Below are positions 1 through 9,246 of a stretch of DNA of 64,000 nt, one piece after another (the stretch's first letter is position 1; each line of letters opens with the position of its first letter). Under the pieces are notes generated by a model. It did not search any database. It saw nothing but the letters and a program-made list of their open reading frames with translations, and was not told the origin of the DNA. The stretch lies in the NCBI GenBank assembly GCA_963422375.2, contig OY729428.2, forward strand, positions 3,392,001 through 3,456,000, given 5' to 3'. Origin of the DNA: Bryobacterales bacterium (lineage in GTDB: Bacteria; Acidobacteriota; Terriglobia; Bryobacterales; UBA6623). The position numbers were made by a program, and so were the translations under genes.

Positions 1-277
1 TCAGTTCCGAGCGATGCGCCTCCAACGGGACCAAGCTCCCGGTGAGACGGTAGTCCCGCCCGGCCCCTTCCGGCGACCAGTTCCAGTGAGCCGCCGAGCT
101 GCCCTTGGCCCGCTCGACGATGCCGTAGGGGAAGTAGGCCGCGCAGAAGCGCCTCGGACGCTCCCGTTGTCTGGCGTCCGCCTCCATGCATTCGAAGAAC
201 GGGAGGGCGAGGGAGACGCCCGTCCCGCGGAGAAACGCGCGACGGCTGAGATACCAAGGCTTGGCGGACACGGACAC
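1..277 (-). CDS. DUF1552 (HXXSHH)-family protein, N-terminal part; runs off the window start
   Basis: Manual translation from GTG at 277 (or 271): MSVSAKPWYLSRRAFLRGTGVSLALPFFECME. This is the typical Tat-like 'SRRxFLRGxGxxLALP' start of DUF1552 proteins, directly downstream of a DUF1592 gene. Confidence 0.8.
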   Translation of the reverse strand, partial: MSVSAKPWYLSRRAFLRGTGVSLALPFFECMEADARQRERPRRFCAAYFPYGIVERAKGSSAAHWNWSPEGAGRDYRLTGSLVPLEAHRSEL

Positions 278-285
278 CTTCCGGG

Positions 286-2691
286 CTAGCGCTGGCGGAA
301 CGCCTCGCTCGCCACAATGATTGCACAAAGCTCGCGCAGGCGGTAGCCGCTGCGCTCGAAGCGCGCCACCATCCGAAGGACCGCTTTCTCGTCCCGTCGC
401 TCGAGGCTGCGTCCCAGCGCGTACGCCAGCAGCTTCTCGGTGAGCGCCCTCGCGAACTCGCGCTGCCGGTTCTCGACCAGATAGTCCATGAGAGCGGCGG
501 CCCCGTCCACCTCGTGCCCGTCGGGAAGCGTAGCCGCCGCATCGACGGGATAGGTCTCCTCGCGCTCGCCCCAACGCCGCCTCACGTTCTCGCGCCGCAA
601 CCCGACCGCGTCGTACTCCTCGAGCGCGACGCCCCAAGGATCGATCCCTCGATGGCAGAAAGCGCATGACTCGCTGTCCTGGTGCCGCTCCAGCTGCCGC
701 TTGAGCGACAGAAGTGCCGTCCCCTCGGCGCCACTATCCAAGTTGGGCACGGCGGGCGGCGGGGGTGCTGGCGGATCTCCCAGCAACGCCGTGCGCACCC
801 AGACCCCGCGCTTGACGGGGTGGGAATCCTCGCCCGTCGAGTTCGCCAAGAGCACGCTCGCATGGGCCAGCAGGCCACCGGGGCGGCCGGAGGAAGCGAG
901 CGAGACGCGTTCGAATGCGCCCCCGCGGGGCCCCGAGATCCCGTAGTGCCGCGCCATTCGCTCGTTGAGCATGGCGAAGTCGGACCGGAGGAAGTGGGTG
1001 GCGCTGATGTCGCGCTGCAGCAGGGAGGCGAAGAAGTGATGGGTCTCCCGCCGCATCTCCTCCTTCAGCGACAGGTCGAAGTGCGGGTAGTAGTTTGGGT
1101 TGACCGCGACTCTGCGCACGCCCGCGAGATCCAGCCACTGGTCGGCGAACTGCTCTACGAGGGCCCAAGATCGCGGGTCGTCCAGCATCCGCATCGTCTC
1201 GGCGCGCAGCGTGGACCTGTCCGACAAGCGCCCGCGGCTGGCCAGCCGCATCAGGCGCTCGTCCGGCATCGTGCTCCACAGGAAATACGACAGCCGCGAC
1301 GCCAGCTCGTGATCGCTCACGGGGCCGGAACCAGGCGAGCCCCGTTCGATCCGGTAGAGGAAATCCGGCGAAATCAGGACCATTGCCAATGTCTCGCGAA
1401 GCGCTCGTTCGAAACTGCCGGCCCGGGGCCTCGCCCCGTCGTAGAATCGCTGCACCCGGGCGACTTCGCCATCGCGCACGGGCCGCCGGTAGGCCCGTCG
1501 CATGAAGCGCCGGACGACAGCAGCGGCCGCGGCGCGCTCGTCCCGCCCGCCGTCGGGCAGGGCGGGCACGATCAGCCGGTGGTGTTGCGGCGGCCAGGTG
1601 GCGTGGGCGGGCGCCCTGAAGTACAGGGATTCCACGACAATCGCCGGGAAGTCCGGATCCGTCGGCCAGACCATCCGCTTCCGGCTCTTGCCGTTCTCCT
1701 CGAACTCCACCGTCTCTCCGGGGGGCGGCGGCTCGCCGTCGGAGTAGGCGTTGCGAATCCAGACCAGCAGCCCGGGATACTTGCTCTGCGTCCGGCTCTG
1801 GATGGGAAACTCCTCGATGCGCCCGCGGAATTCGAACTCGCGCGCCGGCCCCTGTCGGACGTCCACCTCGGCCACCGTTCGCGACGGAGTCTGCGTGTCG
1901 GCCCGGTACCCGAGCGAGACGTGCATGCGCGGATAGGGGGCTCCGGTGGGAATCTCGGCTCGCGCTCGGATGCGCAGCAAGAACTCCCCCTCGTCCGGGA
2001 AGCCCGGCACCCGCGACACGAACGTGCCGGTCCGCCCGAGGCGGTTGGACCAATGGACGTTCTTCAGCTTGTCCTCGACCGTCCGCTCGGCCCTGTGCTC
2101 GTAGACCGGCGGCTCCGGACCCTCGACAATCGCCCGCCGCAGGCCGTCGCGGGCCGCGCTGAGATAGTGCTCCAGCTGCATGGCTGACATGCGCAGAGCC
2201 GCTCCGTTGTTCGCGAAGCCGTCCCGGCTGAGCTCGTCAGGCGGCAGGTTCCGCGTGTAGTCGACGTCGAGACCGAGCAGGTCCCGCATCGTGTTCTGGT
2301 ACTCGATTCGGTTGAGCCTGCGCATCACGACGACGCCGCGCGACTCGTTCCGGCTCTCCTCCGCCGCGCGGAACCGGCCGGAAAGCCACTCGAGGACCGC
2401 CGCTCTGGCGTCCGGCGGCATCCGCGGCGCGCCGCGGGGAGGCATGGCGCCGACGCTCAAGGCATCTCGCACGTCGTGCCACGTCTCCGCGGACCGGCGG
2501 TCGCCGACTAGGTCGGCCGAGAGTGTGTCAAGCCGGACGCCTGCGTTCTGGGTCACGGGCCCATGGCAGGCGACGCAATGGCGGTCCAGGATCGCCTTGA
2601 CGGACGCGTCAACGGGCACGCCGGGCAAGGGCTGCGCCGCGTGCAGCAGCCATGCTGCCGCGACGGTCCGCAACCAGCGCGAGACGGTCAT
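286..2691 (-). CDS. DUF1592/DUF1588/DUF1585 planctomycete-type cytochrome c domain protein
   Basis: Signal peptide; CVACH and CAFCH heme motifs; 'RRLNRIEYQNTMRDLLG', 'ELASRLSYFLWSTMPD', 'HPVKRGVWV', 'LLAYALGR' motifs. Start set at ATG 2691 (MTVSRW). Confidence 0.88.
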   Translation of the reverse strand: MTVSRWLRTVAAAWLLHAAQPLPGVPVDASVKAILDRHCVACHGPVTQNAGVRLDTLSADLVGDRRSAETWHDVRDALSVGAMPPRGAPRMPPDARAAVLEWLSGRFRAAEESRNESRGVVVMRRLNRIEYQNTMRDLLGLDVDYTRNLPPDELSRDGFANNGAALRMSAMQLEHYLSAARDGLRRAIVEGPEPPVYEHRAERTVEDKLKNVHWSNRLGRTGTFVSRVPGFPDEGEFLLRIRARAEIPTGAPYPRMHVSLGYRADTQTPSRTVAEVDVRQGPAREFEFRGRIEEFPIQSRTQSKYPGLLVWIRNAYSDGEPPPPGETVEFEENGKSRKRMVWPTDPDFPAIVVESLYFRAPAHATWPPQHHRLIVPALPDGGRDERAAAAAVVRRFMRRAYRRPVRDGEVARVQRFYDGARPRAGSFERALRETLAMVLISPDFLYRIERGSPGSGPVSDHELASRLSYFLWSTMPDERLMRLASRGRLSDRSTLRAETMRMLDDPRSWALVEQFADQWLDLAGVRRVAVNPNYYPHFDLSLKEEMRRETHHFFASLLQRDISATHFLRSDFAMLNERMARHYGISGPRGGAFERVSLASSGRPGGLLAHASVLLANSTGEDSHPVKRGVWVRTALLGDPPAPPPPAVPNLDSGAEGTALLSLKRQLERHQDSESCAFCHRGIDPWGVALEEYDAVGLRRENVRRRWGEREETYPVDAAATLPDGHEVDGAAALMDYLVENRQREFARALTEKLLAYALGRSLERRDEKAVLRMVARFERSGYRLRELCAIIVASEAFRQR

Positions 2692-2825
2692 GCTCCGACG
2701 ATCCTGACGGTTTGCGCCGACCTCGGGAGGGACGCAGTTCAAGTCTAGCGAGAACGCGGCGCCGATCCCGTGAGAGGCCCTCCCGCGAAGGGCCTCGGGC
2801 ATTGGGGATAGTATCCTGCAACTTC

Positions 2826-4496
2826 ATGCCGACAGGATCGGAACTCTTCGTCCGGAGCTTGCAGAGCCAGGGAGTCGACCGGATTTTCACGCTCGTAGGG
2901 GACCATCTCAACGACGTCCTGCAGGTGGCGGCGCGGGAAGGCATGTCTATATACGACACGCGCCACGAGTCGGCCGCGGTCCACATGGCGGACGGTTGGA
3001 CTCGCCTGACGCGGGCGCCCGGCGTCTCATTGGTGACGGGGGCCCCGGGGCACACGAACTCCATCACGGGCATCGCCACGGCCAACGCTACGGCCGTACC
3101 GATGCTGACGGTGAGCGGGATGAGCGACTCGCACGCGCGGGACCGCCACGCGTTCCAGGACATGGACCAGCTCAAGCTGGTCCAAGGCATCACGAAGTAC
3201 GCGGCCGTGCCCGCCCGCTCCGGCCAGATTCCGTTTCACGTGAAACGGGCGTTCACGGAGATGCTGCGAGACCGCCCGGGCGTGGCGCACCTGAGCGTGC
3301 CCGTCGACCTGTTCACGGAGTCCAGCGACTCGCACGCCCCGATACCGACGAATCGCGTCGAGCCGATTCGTAGCGGTCCGCCCAGCGACAGCGTGGACCG
3401 GACCATCGACCTGCTGGCGCGAGCCGAGCGCCCGGCGGTCATCGCCGGCTCCGGAGCCTACTGGTCCGGCGCGGACGAGGAACTCGAGACCTTCGTCGAG
3501 TCCGCAGGGATCCCTCTGTTCACGACCAATCTCGCTCGCGGGATGGTCTCCGACGACCACCCGCTCTGCTTCGGGTATGCGGACGCGACCATCAACCCCG
3601 GCGCGGAGAACGCGCTGCAGCAATCCGACTTGGTCATCATCGTCGGCAAGCGCATCGACTACGGACTCCGGATGGGCGGGCCGCAACTGTTCGCTGAGGG
3701 AGCGAAGACAATCCAGATCGACGTCTGCGGAGGCGAGCTGGGACTGAACCGGGCCCTCGCCGTCGGAATTCGAGCCGACGCCAAGACCGCGCTCGCCGTC
3801 TTGAATGCGGCCCTCGCCGACCGCGACGCCCCCGACCGGTCCGGCTGGCTGGCCGAGGTGCAGCGGGGCTGCGACGACTACGCGGCCCGGGTCGCGGAGC
3901 AGGCTGCGCGCCCGCGCGCGCCGATGCACTCGCTGCACGCCTACCAGGTCCTTCGAGAAAAGCTGCCCCCGGACGCGACGATTTGCTGGGACGGGGGCGA
4001 CTTCGTCCATTGGGGACGCTATCTGCTGCGGGCCCGCCATGCCGGTCGGTGGATGCGGCTCGGATCGCTCGCCGGCCTCGGCGTGGCCCTGCCCGTGGGG
4101 CTGAGCGCCCAGATCCTGAGACCGAACGCGCGCTCGGTCGTCATCACCGGAGACGGCTCGCTGGGCTTCTACATCGGCGAGCTCGACACGGCCGTGCGGT
4201 ACGGCCTCCCGATGGTGGTCATCGTCGGCAACGACGCCGGGTGGGGCATCGAGCGAGAGCTGCAGCAGGCCTTCTACCCGGATTCGGGCACTGTCGCTTG
4301 CGAGCTGAGAAACACTCGTTACGACTTGGTAATGAAGGGCTTCGGCGGAGACGGGGCGCACGTGACGGCACCGGAGCAGCTCTCGGACGCGTTCGACCGG
4401 GCCTTCCGGAGCGAAGTGCCCTTCCTAGTCAATATCGAGATCGACGGGGCGGGCTCGCCCTTTACGCAGTACCAGATCAATCGGCGCGCCAAGTAG
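2826..4496 (+). CDS. Thiamine diphosphate-dependent enzyme (acetolactate synthase-like / 2-hydroxyacyl-CoA lyase-like)
   Basis: 'TRHESAAVHMADG' catalytic Glu motif, 'GAPGHTN', and ThDP motif GDGSLGF...GNDAGWG. ATG at 2826. Confidence 0.9.
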   Translation: MPTGSELFVRSLQSQGVDRIFTLVGDHLNDVLQVAAREGMSIYDTRHESAAVHMADGWTRLTRAPGVSLVTGAPGHTNSITGIATANATAVPMLTVSGMSDSHARDRHAFQDMDQLKLVQGITKYAAVPARSGQIPFHVKRAFTEMLRDRPGVAHLSVPVDLFTESSDSHAPIPTNRVEPIRSGPPSDSVDRTIDLLARAERPAVIAGSGAYWSGADEELETFVESAGIPLFTTNLARGMVSDDHPLCFGYADATINPGAENALQQSDLVIIVGKRIDYGLRMGGPQLFAEGAKTIQIDVCGGELGLNRALAVGIRADAKTALAVLNAALADRDAPDRSGWLAEVQRGCDDYAARVAEQAARPRAPMHSLHAYQVLREKLPPDATICWDGGDFVHWGRYLLRARHAGRWMRLGSLAGLGVALPVGLSAQILRPNARSVVITGDGSLGFYIGELDTAVRYGLPMVVIVGNDAGWGIERELQQAFYPDSGTVACELRNTRYDLVMKGFGGDGAHVTAPEQLSDAFDRAFRSEVPFLVNIEIDGAGSPFTQYQINRRAK

Positions 4497-4503
4497 CCAG
4501 CCG

Positions 4504-5037
4504 ATGCGACCGCGACGCAGCGCCGTGCTTGCCGCTTTCGCGGCGGCGCTCCTTGCGAGCAACGCCGACGCGGCCCAGGCACCGACGTACGTTGTACCTC
4601 CCGAGAGCCTCCCGCGGGCTCTCGGGCCGCAACCGGTTCCCTTCGACCACAAGGTGCATGCGCAGCAGCGCATCGGCTGCCTCGACTGCCATCCCGGCGC
4701 CGAGACGCGGGAGCGCGCCGGAATCCCGGACCGCGACCGGTGCATGCTCTGCCATCGGTCGATCGCGACGGACCGGCCGGGTGTCCGGCAGCTGGCCCGA
4801 TTGCCTGCCGGCAGCAAGATTCGCTGGGCGCGGGCCTACCGCGTGCCCGACTTCGTCTTCTTCAGCCACGCCAGCCATTCGGCGGCCTCGCTGGCTTGCG
4901 CGACTTGCCACGGGCCGGTGGAGACCCGGGCCGAGCTGAGCCAGGAGGTTTCGACAAGCATGACGGCGTGCATGAACTGCCACGCGGAGCGCGAGGCGTC
5001 CAACGAATGCTACCTGTGCCACGACCTCGGACAGTGA
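4504..5037 (+). CDS. Periplasmic pentaheme cytochrome c (c3/c7, ActA-like)
   Basis: Signal peptide; five CxxCH motifs (CLDCH, CMLCH, CATCH, CMNCH, CYLCH); 'PQPVPFDHKVH' and 'VPDFVFFSHASH' motifs. Confidence 0.9.
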   Translation: MRPRRSAVLAAFAAALLASNADAAQAPTYVVPPESLPRALGPQPVPFDHKVHAQQRIGCLDCHPGAETRERAGIPDRDRCMLCHRSIATDRPGVRQLARLPAGSKIRWARAYRVPDFVFFSHASHSAASLACATCHGPVETRAELSQEVSTSMTACMNCHAEREASNECYLCHDLGQ

Positions 5038-5137
5038 GCCTGCGCCCCGTGGCTGCTGCGATGATGGGACAGGACGCCGGGGCGGGTGCTGGCGCGGCTC
5101 TCCGCATGCAGCCCACCGAGAATGCCGCGCCCCGCCG

Positions 5138-5764
5138 ATGGCAGCGAAGCAAGTAGCCGGGGGAAACCGGCCCGAGGCATCGGTCCCGACTACCGTTGGC
5201 GACGCGCTCTCCTGCTTGGTCCGGGATCCCGGGCGATGGCTGCTTCGCCACTGGAACTGGAAGAACGCCGTTCTCAGCGCGATCATGCGCACGTCGATTT
5301 TCTTTTCGGTGAACTTGCTGGCGAGCTTGGACAGCGCGGTCGAAGCCGCGATCACGGAGATCTGCTATCGCGCCCCGATGGTGGGCACGTTGGGGGCGAT
5401 CTCCCAAGCGTTCCGTCGCGTGCAGCCGGCTTGGAAGGCCAGCGGCGTCATCATGCTGCTGCTCCCGGCGCTGGCGCACGGCGTGGAGTTCACGATCCAC
5501 TCATTGCGTGGGACGCAGAAGCTCTACGAAAGCGTGGCAGCGTCGATCATGTTCTCCATGCTGACCGCGATCGGCACTTACTTCCTGCACCGCCGGGACG
5601 TGCTGATCGTCGGACCGGGCGCGCGAAGTTTCGCCGAGGACATGGTCCGGCTGCCGGTCGAGGTGTTCAATTTGCTCGCCACGTTGCTGCGGGCCCCGTT
5701 CCGAAAGCTTGGAGACTCGCATGCGGACAAGAGCAGAGGACACCACTCCTCGCATATCCGATAG
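5138..5764 (+). CDS. Hypothetical integral membrane protein
   Basis: 208-aa ORF with host-like codon usage and several hydrophobic segments ('WNWKNAVLSAIMR'). Confidence 0.7.
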   Translation: MAAKQVAGGNRPEASVPTTVGDALSCLVRDPGRWLLRHWNWKNAVLSAIMRTSIFFSVNLLASLDSAVEAAITEICYRAPMVGTLGAISQAFRRVQPAWKASGVIMLLLPALAHGVEFTIHSLRGTQKLYESVAASIMFSMLTAIGTYFLHRRDVLIVGPGARSFAEDMVRLPVEVFNLLATLLRAPFRKLGDSHADKSRGHHSSHIR

Positions 5765-6581
5765 GCCGCAGCACGCTCGGCTATTGGGACGACCTCGTCC
5801 GGGCACCACCTACGCGACGCTCCCCGCACAGAAGCGGGCGTGCAAATCAACGCATCCAGATCCCAACCCGGCCTAGGCATCGCCCCTCGCCTGTCGCCGC
5901 ACGGGCTCTTTCGGCGGGACTACCGCCAATGGCGTTCGTTAGTGCAAGGTCCCGAGCTCATGACATACCGGGCTGCGCTTGGCGACCTGCCCGGGCCGGG
6001 CATCGGCATGGGCACTCGCATCGCGAGGCTCAACGCCCTGCGACCTGCGGCCGCGAGTCGCAGACGGCCCGGCCGAGTTGGTCCCGTCGCGGCCGAGGGT
6101 GGTTCGCGAGCCATCAAAGACCCAAGGTTGGCACAACAAGCGGAATCAGCTACGCAACTCCCCAAGCCCACTAGACAGCCAGCCGGCTGGCGATGGTGGC
6201 TCGATGTCTTCGGATACGCCACCCCGCCGGCCTATCGAGGGACACTGCCAATTCTCCTAGCGACCGCTGACCGTGGCCGGCCATTCTTAGACTTCGTGCC
6301 TGTGGGCCGCCTGCCTAGTAGGCCGGGCACTCAATTGCAAGTGCTTGAACTGCAGCCAAACGTCGAGCGGATACGTTCCGCCTCGCGCAGTGGAAAGCAG
6401 GATCGACCCACACTTTGAGGCGTAGAAAAAGGGCACCATCTTAATATTACAAAATGGCCAAATCTGGGAGCAGGCAGAGTTTGGCCATCAATATTAGGGA
6501 ATTATATATCTGAGTGCCGAGGGAATCAAGTCGGCAAATTATCAAGCCATAATAAGATTTCATATTTCTTCCGACTTTCCG

Positions 6582-6611
6582 TTGACATTCTGTGGTGTTT
6601 CTTGGTAGAAT
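6582..6611 (+). promoter_or_regulatory. Sigma70-type promoter of the IS1595 transposase
   Basis: TTGACA (6582-6587), 18-bp spacer, TG-n-TAGAAT (-10 at 6606-6611); RBS AGGGGA before ATG 6635. Promoter boxes identical in copy 2. Confidence 0.75.
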
Positions 6612-6634
6612 AGTTCCAGTAGGGGATACCGTAA

Positions 6635-7591
6635 ATGAAGAAATCAGGTCCCGGAAAGTGGTTCCGTAAAGGCATCACATTGATCGAAGTGATCGCCATG
6701 TTTCCCGATGACGAATCCGCGGAAAAGTGGTTCGCCTCCATGCGCTGGCCGGACGGTCCCGCGTGCCCCCGCTGCCGCGGCTCCAGCGTGCAGTCCGACG
6801 CAGCCCACCCTTCGATGCCGTACCGTTGCCGCGGCTGCGGCAAGCGCTTTTCCGTGCGCGCCGGCAGCGTGATGGCCGACACCAAGCTCGGCTGCCGCAC
6901 CCGGGCCGTCGCCCTGTTCCTGCTGACTACCGGCATCAAGGGCGTCTCGAGCATGAAGCTGCACCGCGACCCGGGCATCAGCCGGAAGTCGGCCTGGCAC
7001 CTGGCGCACCGCATCCGCGCGTGCCGGGAGCGGGATCAGGGCCTGTTCGCCGGCCCGGTGGAGGTGGACGAGACCTACGTCGGCGGCAAGGAACGCAACC
7101 AGCACGAGAGGAAGAAGGCCCGCGCCGGGCGCGGGCCCGTCGGCAAGACGCCCGTGGCGGGGGCGCGCGACCGCGCCACGAACGCAGCGGCCGCGCGGCC
7201 GCTGCCGGGCACCGCCAAGGGCGACCTGCAGGGCTTCGCGCGCGCCCGCGTCGCGCCGGGCGCGCAGCTCCGCTCCGACGAGGCGGCGGCCTGCGCCGGC
7301 ATGGCGGAGTTCGCGCACGAAGCCGTCAGGCACTCCGGCGGCGAGTACGTGCGCGGGGCAGCGCATGCGAACGGCATCGAATCGTTCCGGTCCCTGTTCA
7401 AGCGCGGCCTGTACGGAACCTATCACCGGATGAGCGTCCGTCATCTCGGCCGCTACCTCACGCAGTTCGCGGGACGGCGCAACGACCGCGACTGCGACAC
7501 GGCGGAACGGATGCGGCGCATGGCGCGGGGCCTGGTCGGCCGGACGCTGACCTGCCGGCAGCTGACCGGCAAGGCCGCGGTCGCGGCCTGA
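6635..7591 (+). CDS. IS1595-family DDE transposase (possibly degenerate)
   Basis: N-terminal Zn ribbon CPRC...CRGC, HTH 'SSMKLHR..ISRKSAWHLAHRIR', 'VEVDETYVGG', 'SDE', 'NGIESF', 'GTYHRMS..HL.RY'. Confidence 0.93.
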   Translation: MKKSGPGKWFRKGITLIEVIAMFPDDESAEKWFASMRWPDGPACPRCRGSSVQSDAAHPSMPYRCRGCGKRFSVRAGSVMADTKLGCRTRAVALFLLTTGIKGVSSMKLHRDPGISRKSAWHLAHRIRACRERDQGLFAGPVEVDETYVGGKERNQHERKKARAGRGPVGKTPVAGARDRATNAAAARPLPGTAKGDLQGFARARVAPGAQLRSDEAAACAGMAEFAHEAVRHSGGEYVRGAAHANGIESFRSLFKRGLYGTYHRMSVRHLGRYLTQFAGRRNDRDCDTAERMRRMARGLVGRTLTCRQLTGKAAVAA

Positions 7592-7806
7592 GCGGAGCCC
7601 GCCGCGCCGAGCGCGGCAGCCCGCTGCGGGCGGGCGCTTCACGCTCGGTACGAGGGGCGCACCGGATCCGGCATGCCCCGGCGCGACCCCGGTCCGGTCC
7701 GGACCGTCCATGCAGGCCGTCGAGCGCCGGGGATCCGCTGTCTTCGGCCCTCGCAGGGCCTGCAAGCGGCTTGCAAGGCGTGCCCTGCCACCGCCAACCG
7801 GGTTCC

Positions 7807-7833
7807 ACCGGGGCAACCGGGGCAACCGGGGCA
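7807..7833 (+). repeat. 9-bp tandem repeat ACCGGGGCA x3 inside the IS 3' non-coding region
   Basis: Read directly: 3 units here, 2 in the MITE, 1 in IS copy 2. Confidence 0.95.
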
Positions 7834-8292
7834 TGCGAGGCGGCCTCTCTAGTCCCTTCCTCGTCCAATCCGCTGGCAGGCTCGATTCAGATACGATCCC
7901 ACACCCCACCCCTCTGTGCCCGCCGCGGCCGCACTCGCATGACCCCAGCTCGACACCCACCTCCCTGCTCACAGCAGTTCTAGTCGGACATGGCGTTGTC
8001 GGCACTCAGATATATAATTCCCCAATATTACTACGCTTACAGTCCTCAAGTCACGATCCGTCGCGGCGGAACCGGCAATGACATGCTTGTCGATGGCGTG
8101 AGCGAGCGCATCAGTGTTCGACGCGTCCGCTAGCTCGAGCCTGCCAGGGCTGTCCAAGTGCTTCCCTGCACGTGATTCGGCAGCCATCACTCTCTCCGGA
8201 CTCACCGGCACTGAATCTCACTCGACCTCCCCACGGCGCGACCCCGGGATGGCCGAGGCCACTCCCCGGTCCTGCGCGATACAATCCTGCGT

Positions 8293-9234
8293 ATGGTGCC
8301 GACCGCCCTCCTAGCGCCCGCGGAATCCATCGAGCACCGGACCCCGCACGGGCATCCCGAGCGAGCCGCCCGGTTTGAAGCGGTTACGAGGGCGATGGAA
8401 TCGAGCGGCCTCGCCGCGCGCATGGGACGCTTGGAGTCTTCTGCGATCAACACGGACACGCTGCGGCTGTGCCACGGGCAGGCGTACATCGATCTCGTCG
8501 AGCGGGAAGTCCGCTCGGGGCGGCGCACGCTGTCGACCGGAGACACGCACGTCGGCCCGCGCTCCCTGGATGCCGCCCGTGCCGCGGCCGGAGCGGTCTG
8601 CTCGGCGGTCGACGCCGTCGTGGCGGGCACGTTCGGCCAGGCGTTTTGCGTCCTGCGCCCTCCCGGACACCACGCCCGTCCGAACCAAGGCATGGGCTTC
8701 TGCATTTTCAACAACATCGCCGTGGCCGCCCGACACGCCCGGCACCGACACGGCCTGTCACGAGTCTTGATCGCCGACTGGGACGTGCATCACGGCAACG
8801 GCACGCAAGACATCTTCTACAGCGACCCGGACGTGCTGTTCTTCAGCACGCACCAGTCCCCGTGGTACCCGGGAACCGGAGACGCCGACGAGACCGGTGT
8901 CGGCGACGGCGAAGGCAGCACGATCAACTGCCCGTTGCCGTCGGGGGCGGGACGACGCGAGATTCTCGGAGCCTTCCGGGAGAGGCTGCTTCCGGCAGCC
9001 GAAGACTTCCGACCGGACCTGGTCATGATCTCAGCCGGATTCGACTCGCGGCTTGGCGACCCGCTCGGGCGCTTCCGCCTTGTGGACGACGACTTCCGCG
9101 AGATGACGCTGCTGCTCAGGGACGTGGCGAGCAGGCATGCCGGAGGGCGGCTCGTGTCGGCGCTGGAAGGCGGCTACAGCCTCGATGGCTTGGCGGCAGG
9201 CGTCGCCAGCCACGTCTCGGCGCTGCTCGAGTGA
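8293..9234 (+). CDS. Histone deacetylase family protein (AcuC/AphA-like amidohydrolase)
   Basis: HPE, RPPGHHA, GMGFCIFNN, DWDVHHGNGTQ, SAGFD and LEGGY motifs. Confidence 0.95.
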   Translation: MVPTALLAPAESIEHRTPHGHPERAARFEAVTRAMESSGLAARMGRLESSAINTDTLRLCHGQAYIDLVEREVRSGRRTLSTGDTHVGPRSLDAARAAAGAVCSAVDAVVAGTFGQAFCVLRPPGHHARPNQGMGFCIFNNIAVAARHARHRHGLSRVLIADWDVHHGNGTQDIFYSDPDVLFFSTHQSPWYPGTGDADETGVGDGEGSTINCPLPSGAGRREILGAFRERLLPAAEDFRPDLVMISAGFDSRLGDPLGRFRLVDDDFREMTLLLRDVASRHAGGRLVSALEGGYSLDGLAAGVASHVSALLE

Positions 9235-9246
9235 ACGCGGGCCGCC

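Larger units (their letters stand above)
6497..8022 (+). mobile_element. IS1595-family insertion sequence, copy 1 (1526 bp)
   Basis: Perfect 24-bp TIRs GGGAATTATATATCTGAGTGCCGA (6497-6520 / 7999-8022); 8-bp TSD CAATATTA at 6489-6496 and 8023-8030; transposase inside. Confidence 0.96.

Noticed and set aside
5840..6418. 192-aa ORF upstream of IS copy 1
   Set aside because: No recognisable motif, atypical codon usage, no RBS.
7671..7836. CRISPR array or attC/integron cassette in the repeated palindromic region
   Set aside because: No repeat-spacer periodicity, no cas or intI gene, no RYYYAAC/GTTRRRY cores; the repeats are internal to the IS copies.
7710..8081. Passenger protein ORF in the IS 3' region (MQAVERRGS...)
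   Set aside because: Low-complexity product; the C-terminus differs between copies because of a 1-bp indel and runs past the TIR in copy 1. A short peptide cannot be fully excluded, since the 9-bp repeat keeps frame.
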